Source: an uncultured Clostridia bacterium
GTDB taxonomy: Bacteria > Bacillota > Clostridia > Christensenellales > CAG-314
DNA length: 64,000 nt
Assembly (NCBI GenBank): GCA_947630455.1
Contig: CANRHP010000002.1
Location: 29,544-93,543 of the forward strand
Direction: 5' to 3'
Positions 43,698 to 52,000 of the stretch are shown piece after piece. A program made the translations under genes and the position numbers. Each line of letters opens with the position of its first letter. The stretch's first letter is position 1. The notes below the pieces were generated by a model. The model had not been told where the DNA came from, ran no database searches, and saw nothing but the letters and a program-made list of their open reading frames with translations.

Positions 43698-44303
43698 TTA
43701 TTGTTTTTTCAAACTGTGCAAAATAATATTTGTCAGTGCGTAAATTTCCTCTTCTTTTCTTGCCGCTGTATCCTGTATAACAATGTCCGCGGCGGAAAGC
43801 TTTTTGCACAGCTCCAGCATGGCGTGAGTGGTGGCGTAGTAAAAAATTTCCCAATCCGGCAGCGATTGTACGCTTCCGTCGTTTACTCCCATACTGTAAG
43901 CGGAATAAAATACAGATTTAAAAAGCTCCAAGCCGTTAGCGTAGGCTTCGCCGTCCGTTCTTCCTTCACTTATCATATATGCGTCAAATTCATTTATAAA
44001 TTTAAAAAGCTCTTTTTTTTCATGAAAAATTTTGCCGTACTGTTCGTAGAAGGAGCATAGCTTCGACAAGCCGTTTCCCGATTGACGCAAATTGAAATAT
44101 TCGTCGAAGATCATCTTTTCCAATTTGACTGCAACGGCGCAAACAAGATTCTGCTTAGAGGAAAAGTAGCGGTACACAGTCGCTTCACCTACGTCCGCGC
44201 GAAGCGCGATAGCTTTTATGGTAACCTCCGCTATGGATCTTTCCAAAAAAAGCTGCGCTGCGGTGTCTACAATATAGTTTTCTTTTACATCCTTTATCGC
44301 CAT
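43698..44303 (-). CDS. TetR/AcrR family transcriptional regulator
   Basis: 201 aa. HTH 'VTIKAIALRADVGEATVYRYFSSKQNL'. Confidence 0.9.
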   Translation of the reverse strand: MAIKDVKENYIVDTAAQLFLERSIAEVTIKAIALRADVGEATVYRYFSSKQNLVCAVAVKLEKMIFDEYFNLRQSGNGLSKLCSFYEQYGKIFHEKKELFKFINEFDAYMISEGRTDGEAYANGLELFKSVFYSAYSMGVNDGSVQSLPDWEIFYYATTHAMLELCKKLSAADIVIQDTAARKEEEIYALTNIILHSLKKQ

Positions 44304-44314
44304 GTCAACCTCAT

Positions 44315-44357
44315 TTTTGATAGTTCATCTTTCATTTTGATATTTCAACTATCAAAA
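44315..44357. promoter_or_regulatory. Inverted repeat upstream of the TetR gene (candidate operator)
   Basis: 'ttttgatagtt' (44315-44325) and 'aactatcaaaa' (44347-44357) form perfect 11-bp inverted arms. A third 'ttttgata' lies between them. The site is 12 nt from the tetR start codon. Confidence 0.5.
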
Positions 44358-44484
44358 GTGTAGTATAAATAAAACTGAATGTCAATAGGGTTTTGAAATT
44401 TTTTATGAGGCTGTATTTGTTGGGTATCACCAAGCTGAAAGTCATTTTGTGGGCATATAGGGCAAGCTAATAAATTTATCGGCG

Positions 44485-44511
44485 AAAAAAAAGTACGCAT
44501 TGAGCGTACTT
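44485..44511 (-). terminator. Rho-independent terminator of the MATE gene
   Basis: On the minus strand, the hairpin 'aagtacgc'/'gcgtactt' is followed by T8. It overlaps the stop codon. Confidence 0.75.
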
Positions 44512-45928
44512 ACTTTGAGATTATCGGACTTTGTTCCGGTGCCGAGCTTTGAGACAGTAAATTGATTTTGCAGAGGGCAACCTTTTGCAGCAACGCCGCG
44601 GATATTGCCGCAGTCAAAGCTTCCGCTATGGGAAAAGCCCACCAAAAGCAGCCTATGGGATTTGGCGCAAATGAGAATAGCCAAACCGAAGGAAACACAA
44701 AAATTGCCAGCCGCAAAGCGGAAATCAGCAGAGGCCAAAGCGCAAACCCGAGAGCCTGCATTATACCTTGAACGGCAATGCTGAAGCCCATAAAAATATA
44801 TCCCGTGCTTGCAATGCGTATAGCCGACGTTACGGTGCGTATGATTTCTTCACTGCTTTCACCGCTGGCTATACCAAACAGCTTTGCCAACGGATCCGCA
44901 AGCGCCTCAAACAGCGCGGTAATGATTGCGCATACCGCAAGCGTGCTCACAATTCCCCATTTGACGCATTGTTTTGAGCGCAGCAAATTCCTTGTGCCGT
45001 AATTGAAGGAGAGTACGGAAATTATTGTATTTGACAGTCCGAAGCAGGCAAACAGCGCAAATTGCATTATTTTGTAGTACACGCCGAAGCTGCCCTGGGC
45101 AAGTGCGGAGCTTTGCCCGAATGTGCCGAGTATAAGGTTTACACCCAGCATCATCACCGACAGCAATCCCTGCATCAGTGCCGCGGACAAACCGATTCGG
45201 TAAATTTCTTTGATTGTTTTGCCGCTGGGAACGATGTTTTTGATATTGTTGTGCAATTCCTTGTTTGTAAAATAGTGGAAAATCATCGCAACGGCAAGCG
45301 AAAGTATCTGTCCGATAACGGTTGCCCAAGCTGCGCCTGCTACCCCTCGGTTCAACGGATAGATAAACACCCAATCCAAAAGGATATTTGCCGCCGCTCC
45401 TGATATCTGCGCAATAGTGGAGTACAGCGTTTTTCCCGTGCTTTGCAAAAAGCGTTCGTAAATGGTAAAACCAATGGCTCCGAAACTGCAAGTGCAGCAA
45501 ATAGTAAGGTATTGAGTGCCCATTTCTATTACTTTTTCGTTGCCCTGTGCCTGCATTTCTACAAAAGGACGCGATCCAAACAACCCGAAAAGCAAAAAGA
45601 CTGCGTAAATGCACAAGCCGAGGAAAATTCCGTTTCCCACCGTTTTGTCCGCTTTGATAAAGTTTTTTTCACCGAGCGATTTGGACAACAGGGCATTAAG
45701 TCCTACTCCCGTGCCTACGCCGATAGCGATTATCAGCAGCTGTATGGGAAAAGCGTATGTAAGCGCCAGATTTCCCGCTACGCCGTCCTCGCCCATATTT
45801 ATCACAAACGCCGTGTCCACAATGTTGTAGACCGCTTGCAGCACCATGGAAACTATCATCGGCAATCCCATTTGCCAAATGAGTTTGTTTACCGGTACAT
45901 ATGACATTTTATTTTGATTATCCTGCAT
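44510..45928 (-). CDS. MATE family efflux transporter
   Basis: 472 aa with 12 TM helices. The N-terminus 'PVNKLIWQMGLPMIVSMVLQAVYNIVDTAFV' is typical of MATE (NorM/DinF). Confidence 0.92.
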   Translation of the reverse strand: MQDNQNKMSYVPVNKLIWQMGLPMIVSMVLQAVYNIVDTAFVINMGEDGVAGNLALTYAFPIQLLIIAIGVGTGVGLNALLSKSLGEKNFIKADKTVGNGIFLGLCIYAVFLLFGLFGSRPFVEMQAQGNEKVIEMGTQYLTICCTCSFGAIGFTIYERFLQSTGKTLYSTIAQISGAAANILLDWVFIYPLNRGVAGAAWATVIGQILSLAVAMIFHYFTNKELHNNIKNIVPSGKTIKEIYRIGLSAALMQGLLSVMMLGVNLILGTFGQSSALAQGSFGVYYKIMQFALFACFGLSNTIISVLSFNYGTRNLLRSKQCVKWGIVSTLAVCAIITALFEALADPLAKLFGIASGESSEEIIRTVTSAIRIASTGYIFMGFSIAVQGIMQALGFALWPLLISALRLAIFVFPSVWLFSFAPNPIGCFWWAFPIAEALTAAISAALLQKVALCKINLLSQSSAPEQSPIISK

Positions 45929-45946
45929 TTTTTTACCTCAAACAGC

Positions 45947-45986
45947 AAAAAAACAGGCGCAAATCCACAATTGGATTTACGCCTGT
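45947..45986 (-). promoter_or_regulatory. Terminator-like hairpin plus U7 in the MATE 5' leader (candidate attenuator)
   Basis: On the minus strand, a 15-bp interrupted stem (45953-45967 / 45972-45986, one C.A mismatch) is followed by TTTTTTT. It lies 18 nt upstream of the MATE ATG. Confidence 0.55.
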
Positions 45987-46007
45987 ATTGCCACACATTG
46001 TACAGTT

Positions 46008-46036
46008 ATTATACGTTTTTTTTTCTAAAATGTCAA
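46008..46036 (-). promoter_or_regulatory. Consensus sigma-70 promoter for the MATE gene
   Basis: The minus strand reads TTGACA (46036-46031), exactly 17 nt, then TATAAT (46013-46008). Confidence 0.7.
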
Positions 46037-46159
46037 CCAAAAAAATTTTTGATCAGATTGCTTACTCTTTTTTTGATACGGTTTTACCGTTATTATAATA
46101 AATCACAAAATCCGGAGTGGTGGGTCAAAAGGGGATGAAAATTGCGGCAATGCTTAGCT

Positions 46160-48169
46160 TTATGCAAGCGGCAGCGTTGCGGAAAAGATCGTAAAATTAT
46201 CCTTGCGTTCATACGTCAATTCCCCATGCATTGTCTTGATCGCGTTCTTTGCCAAAAACAGACCCAGTCCGGAGTTGTTTTCGGAGGGATTGCCCGAAAC
46301 GAACGGGGCAAAGACATTTTTATCGGTAGTAATTCCCTTCCCGTCGTCTATGACGTCGAGGCGGCATACCCCCTTGTGTTTGACGGCGGACACAGTTAAA
46401 TGCGAACAAAACGCGTGTTCGATCGCGTTCATTACCAAATTGAGTATCACGCTTTCCAAAGCAATTTTTTTTGCATATACGTTTAATATTTCGGGCAGCA
46501 CAACCGTCAGAACAATTCCGTTTGCTTCGCAGTCGGGGCGCAAATCGTTTGTTACGCTTTGCACGATCTGACTCAAGTTTATCACCTCGGACTGTTCCGC
46601 CACGTAGTTTTGCTTGTTGTACTTTCCCAAATCGGCAAAGTCTTTTTTCAGCTCCGCATTTTTTTGTAACAAGTAATCCACCTTTGAGACCAATTCGGGC
46701 TCGGATAGATTTTGCCGCAGATCCGTCAGAGAATCGTTCATCCCGACGACGGTCCTTTTCATATCATGGCTCACATACAGCAAGATCTTATCCCGTTCGG
46801 CAATAACATTCTGCAGGCTTTGAGTCTGCCGCTCGACCTCCTGTTCCAGATTGGTCGTAAGATAGCGATTGTGTACTTCTGCAGAGGCAAATTCGCGAAG
46901 TCCCAACACAAGCGTGATCCCCAGCGCCCCATAACACAACCAAAACGCCGGAGAAAACATGATCAATGGGATCGGCTGAGTCGCAAACAGAGCCATAGCG
47001 GTCAAAACGCCTGCGATTATCGAATTGAGGCGCAGTCCCAAGGGCTTATTTTGATATACGTCCCATATGGTAGACGAATAGATGACAACAATGCAGGCAA
47101 ACACCAGGACGATATAGGTATAGCAAACAGCGGTATAAGCGGCTATGCTCGTGCAAAAGGGGGACAGAAATGCCGATACGGTTGCGGTAATCGCGGCAAT
47201 GCTTGTCAAGTACAAAACCGGGACTTTTCCTATTTTTTTCGGAAGATACAGCGTCGCGGCAAAGAGAATAAATCCAACCGAAAAACGTCGCATTCCAAGC
47301 AGAAAGTACGGAACGGTCGTATAACCGAACAACATATACGTTGAAAACAGCACCGAAAAAATTCCTGCGGCAAACAGTAGCTGCGGAATGAAGGAAAAAG
47401 ACCGTTTCAAAATACATATCAAAAGAAACAACAGCAGCGTAACCGCTCCGAGGATAGCGCCGATCAAAAGGACGGAGCGGTTCTCATTGACGGCTCTGTG
47501 TACTGCCGCGTCTTCCCCGATCAAAACGGGTCCCATAAATCCCACAAAGTTATCGTTGTCCGCCTCGTAATGGATTGTCACTCTGCATTCTCTTGAATAT
47601 TTACCTTCAGAGGAAATAGGTATATCTATAAATAAAGGCTCCGTTGCCGTTTGGTGCAGGACGGTGTCGTCAAATTCAGATGGCGATGAGTAATTGATAT
47701 AGTAGTTGATATTGTATCTGTCTATCGCGCCTACGTATTCTTCATTTTCGTACTGCACAAACACGCTGCATGCGGCATATACGGGAGGGATGTACATTGT
47801 CAGGTGCCAATTTCCGTCCGGCTGCAAAAGCCGGTTCAAGCTTTCCTTTTCTGCCCATTCTTCCGTCGTCAAAGTGTCTATAAAAAATTGGTACGTTCCC
47901 CGTTTCGCAGGCTTTGCGCCCTCGTTTTCATTGGATACGACATTGTTAAGCTCCGCAAATTTATTGGGAAGATAGTTGAACGCCGTCATTTCCATCACGC
48001 CCTTCACGTCTGCAATGGAAACGGTGTTGACCGAAACGCCCGCAAGCTCTTTTGTGCGTACGGGCGTCTCCGCTATGGCGTTCTGCCCCGTAAACAGCAA
48101 AACGAGTGAAAATGTCAGGCAGATAACAAACAAACCTACCAACACAAGCACGTTTCCTACTTTTTTCAT
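46160..48169 (-). CDS. Sensor histidine kinase with extracellular domain and 7-TM module (7TMR-DISM type)
   Basis: 669 aa. A signal/anchor and a ~230-aa ectodomain are followed by seven hydrophobic helices. HisKA 'LLYVSHDMKRTVVGM'. HATPase 'IDDGKGI...NSGLGLFLAKNAI'. Confidence 0.88.
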   Translation of the reverse strand: MKKVGNVLVLVGLFVICLTFSLVLLFTGQNAIAETPVRTKELAGVSVNTVSIADVKGVMEMTAFNYLPNKFAELNNVVSNENEGAKPAKRGTYQFFIDTLTTEEWAEKESLNRLLQPDGNWHLTMYIPPVYAACSVFVQYENEEYVGAIDRYNINYYINYSSPSEFDDTVLHQTATEPLFIDIPISSEGKYSRECRVTIHYEADNDNFVGFMGPVLIGEDAAVHRAVNENRSVLLIGAILGAVTLLLFLLICILKRSFSFIPQLLFAAGIFSVLFSTYMLFGYTTVPYFLLGMRRFSVGFILFAATLYLPKKIGKVPVLYLTSIAAITATVSAFLSPFCTSIAAYTAVCYTYIVLVFACIVVIYSSTIWDVYQNKPLGLRLNSIIAGVLTAMALFATQPIPLIMFSPAFWLCYGALGITLVLGLREFASAEVHNRYLTTNLEQEVERQTQSLQNVIAERDKILLYVSHDMKRTVVGMNDSLTDLRQNLSEPELVSKVDYLLQKNAELKKDFADLGKYNKQNYVAEQSEVINLSQIVQSVTNDLRPDCEANGIVLTVVLPEILNVYAKKIALESVILNLVMNAIEHAFCSHLTVSAVKHKGVCRLDVIDDGKGITTDKNVFAPFVSGNPSENNSGLGLFLAKNAIKTMHGELTYERKDNFTIFSATLPLA

Positions 48170-48852
48170 AATACCTCTCCTGTAAAGCAGTAACCCCTGT
48201 TAAATTCGGTGCGGATTATATCGCTTTCGGGCATAGCGGCTTTTAGTTTTCTGCGCAGCGATGACAAATGCGTTCGTATAGTTGTGGTGTGCAGACTTGG
48301 CGCACACCAAATTTTTTCATAAATTTCGTCCGAAGTAAAATATTGACCGCGGTTTTTTACCAAAAAGAATAAAATGTTGAATTCGGACGGTGTAAGCGAA
48401 ATGGGCATATTTTTATATTTTACGGTACGTGTGTTGGCGTCCACGGAAAAATCCCCGAAAACTTCTATTGCGTCCGCTTTGGGTAAAAGCCGCATTGCGA
48501 TATGCGTTTCCAAAAGGCGCATAGAACAGGGCTTTATCACGTAATCGGTCGCACCCGAGGTAAGCCCCGTGAGAATGGTGTCCTCACTGTCCAAAGAGGA
48601 CAAAATAATTACAGGCGGCAATTCGGGAAATGCGCTGAAAAGCTCTATCCCCATGCTGTTTTTGAGTATCAGATCCAACACAACAGCGTCGAAGTCCCCC
48701 TTCTCTGTCAAAAGCTCGACGGCTTCTTCCACGTCAGACGCTGTATAAACGGCATTTGTGGGAGAAAAATATGCGATCATTTCCTTTTTTAATTTTTCAT
48801 CGTCCTCAATAAACAGCAGATTTCTTTCGTAAACAGTATAATTCATATGCAC
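48166..48852 (-). CDS. OmpR-family response regulator
   Basis: 228 aa. Receiver domain ('LLFIEDDEKL', phospho-Asp 'AVVLDLIL', 'DYVIKPC'). Winged-helix output domain ('LTPSEFNILFFL...IRTHLSSLRRKL'). It overlaps the kinase gene by 4 nt. Confidence 0.92.
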   Translation of the reverse strand: MHMNYTVYERNLLFIEDDEKLKKEMIAYFSPTNAVYTASDVEEAVELLTEKGDFDAVVLDLILKNSMGIELFSAFPELPPVIILSSLDSEDTILTGLTSGATDYVIKPCSMRLLETHIAMRLLPKADAIEVFGDFSVDANTRTVKYKNMPISLTPSEFNILFFLVKNRGQYFTSDEIYEKIWCAPSLHTTTIRTHLSSLRRKLKAAMPESDIIRTEFNRGYCFTGEVL

Positions 48853-48974
48853 TTCCGTTTTCTTATAGTTTTATTATATCAAACAAATAAAATACACGCA
48901 AGCCGGATAACTGTTTCACCGTTAAATAATCTCGTAAAGAATTGTTAAGGTTGCGTTTGGAGCGGGTTTTAATA

Positions 48975-49003
48975 TTGCCTCAAAAATGAATTTACGCTAA
49001 AAT
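48975..49003 (+). promoter_or_regulatory. Candidate promoter of the giant surface-protein gene
   Basis: TTGCCT (48975-48980), a 17-nt spacer, then TAAAAT (48998-49003). This placement puts the G18 tract in the 5' UTR. Confidence 0.45.
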
Positions 49004-49046
49004 ATTTCATGAAAAAACACTCGGAACAAAACCGAAGAAAAAAAAT

Positions 49047-49064
49047 GGGGGGGGGGGGGGGGGG
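49047..49064 (+). repeat. Homopolymeric G18 tract (preceded by A8) 6 nt upstream of the start codon
   Basis: Counted directly: 18 consecutive G at 49047-49064 and 8 consecutive A at 49038-49045. The sequence reads 'aaaaaaaaTGGGGGGGGGGGGGGGGGGcgctttATG'. Confidence 0.95.
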
Positions 49065-49070
49065 CGCTTT

Positions 49071-52000
49071 ATGACCACAAAGAAAAGATATTTCACAGCA
49101 ATACTCATTGCTGTTGCAGCATTGTGCCTTTTGGCGGGCACATTGTTTTTTAATACTGCCAACGCGAGCAACAGTGCAAGCGGAACAAATACCGCAGATG
49201 AATGGAAAGGTGCGCAAACCACAGGCAATCTCATTTATTACACCGATAACAATTCCAGCGGTAAGTCTAAAAAAACTTTGGCAGATTTTGGCTGGCAAGG
49301 TCTTGGCAATGTTGACCCATATGCGTTACGCTACAATCACAGTGATGTTGGTTTAGGAAATTCGAGTTTTGGCTGGGTCATACATGCAAACACGAATGAT
49401 GGTCTTGGTAACGATAATTACACCGGCGGTGTGTGGTACACGATCACGCTTTCCGAAGCAGACAGGGTCAAAGCCAATAAGGGGGATTTGACTATTTCTG
49501 CATCCTCTGTAAACTGGCACCAAACATCGTCAGGTATTCACGCTCGTTTACAGCTGATTTTTTACGATGCCGCTGGTTCGGAAATTGCGTCAAAAGATCA
49601 TAGCCGGTTTCTTAATATCTTCCAAAATACAAATCCGGTAAATCTATCTATATCCGATTACAAAGTTCCTGCGAACACGGCGACGATACGTTACTATATT
49701 TCCAATAATAATAGCTTAGCAGGAAAGCCCTCTATTGGTGCTTTGACATGTACTCTTACCGACAAAACAGCGCCTGCGGTTACGGGTAATGTTTTTTTGG
49801 AAAAGACGAACGTTGCGGACAGCAACAATAATATTGTCGTTGCGGGCAACACGATAAAATACAGCGTAGAATTTAACGAAAAGGTAAGCATTACTGCCAA
49901 CGGCACGGCGAATATCACGTTAAACGGAAACGCTTTTGTTTCTTCAAGCACCGCTGAACTCGTTACCGAAAACGGTAAAAGCAGGGTTTGTTACACGTTC
50001 ACATTGCCCGACAAAAACGAAAACGGCGAGGTAAAATTTTCCTCCGTTTCGGGGCTTGCCGTCAAAGACGAGGCGGGCAATGCCTATACTTACAATAACA
50101 GCGGCCTTTCCGCCCCGACCTTGCAATATTACAGGGCAATGACCGTCTCTTCGAGTTTGACACATCTGAACTTTTCGGGCGGAGGAAAGGCGACGTACAA
50201 TACCAACTATTCGGCAGCTTTGTCGACGGTGCGCGGCTATAACCTGCCGAATTCCATCACCGTCAAAGTGGGCGGCAGTACGCTTGCGCAGGGCAGTGAC
50301 TATACCTACAACTCCGGGACGGGCGCGATCACGATTACCGGCTCCAAGATCACGGACGATATTGTCATCAATGCGTCGGGCGTTGCAAAGAAAATTGACG
50401 TCACATTGAACCCGCAAAGCGGTTTCGGCGGAACGGACAAAGTGACGGCGACTTTCGACAGCGCAATGCCTGGCGTGGTGGTGCCGACGCGCACGGGCTA
50501 CACCTTTGACGGTTACTACACGCAAGCCGACGGCGAAGGCGTGAGATATTACGACGCAAAAGGACAAAGCGTTAAAAGTTGCGATTTCGTAGATGCGTTG
50601 ACCCTGTATGCGCATTGGGTCGCACATACCTATACGATAACATTTAACAAAAACAAACCCGGAAACGCAAGTGAGGATGTGCAGGGAACGATGTCCGATG
50701 TTCCGCGCACCTACGACGACGGTAGCAAAGCTCTGCCGAAAAACGGCTTTACGCTGACGGGCTGGACCTTCCTGGGCTGGGCAACGAACGCACTAGGCGG
50801 ATCGGTTACTTATGATAACGAAAAAGCGGTACAGAATCTGACGGATAGAGATGGCGATACGTTCACACTTTACGCCGTATGGAGGGCAAATACCTACACA
50901 GTAAACTATCATTCCAACAAGCCTTCGGGCGCGAGCAGCGAGGTCGTTGGTGCGACCAACGAGTCATCGCACACCTACGACGTGCAGAGAGCGCTTACTA
51001 CTAACGGCTTTTCGCTCACTGGTTGGACCTTCCAAGGCTGGGCAGCGAGCGCCGAAAGCAGCAATATTGTGCATAGAAACGACGCGTCGGTCAAAAACCT
51101 TACGGCAGTGGACGGCGCCACAATCCACCTTTACGCCGTATGGACCGCAAATACATATACAATAAGGTTTAACGAAAACAAACCTAAAAATGCAAGTGCG
51201 AATGTGCAAGGAAGCATTTCCGATGTACCGCGCGTTTACGACGACGGCAGCAAAGCTTTGCCGCACAACGACTTTACGCTGCATGGCTGGACCTTCCAGG
51301 GTTGGACAACAAGTGTAGCAAGCGACAGCGTAACTTACACAAACGGTCAACCGGTGCAGAATTTGACGGAGAAAAATGACGAAACAGTCACGCTTTACGC
51401 CGTATGGAAGGCAAATTCGCACACGATCACCCTCAACGCAATGGGCGGTACCAACGCGGGCGCGCTCACGGCAACCTTTGACAGCGCGCTTCCCGGTATC
51501 ACTCTTCCCGAGCGACACGGCTACAATTTCCGCGGTTATTTCAATTCGGAATCGGGCGGCGAGCAATATTACAAGTCGGATGGTACTGCGGTTGACAATA
51601 AAACCTTTACGATAGATGACAACATTACGCTCTATGCTCAGTGGACGCCCATCACTTATACGATCCGTCTGTACAGCGAGGGCAAATATATCAAGGATAT
51701 TACAGGCGTCGTATTCGGCGTGCTCAATTTGCCCGCGGCGGAAACGTGCGGTCTCTCACGGAAGAATTTTGATTTTGTCGGTTGGAACATATATGATGAA
51801 CAGAACTGGGCAATGTACCATGCCGACACCCTCTATACTACCGGACTTACCGGCGAGCAGGGCGGAGTTGTGGTGCTGTATGCGGCATGGCAGGAAAAGC
51901 CTATCCACTCTTTGTTCTACGACGCAAACGGAGGCTTCGGAGCCCCTGCAACAGAACAGCTGCACGAGGAGGAAGAGATCACTCTTTCGGATGTCCTTCC

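Noticed and set aside
46081-46107. Plus-strand promoter-like 'TTGATA...TATAAT' near 46081-46107
   Set aside because: The spacer is only 15 nt, and the element points into the 3' end of the convergent kinase gene with no downstream ORF. It probably reflects AT-rich intergenic composition.
49047-49064. G18 tract as a pure sequencing or assembly artefact
   Set aside because: Not fully rejected. Long homopolymers are error-prone, so the exact length (18) is uncertain. However, its position at the SD site of a surface-protein gene, with an ATG fused to its 5' end and an ATGA overlap at its 3' side, is too structured to dismiss. It is kept as a finding with this caveat.
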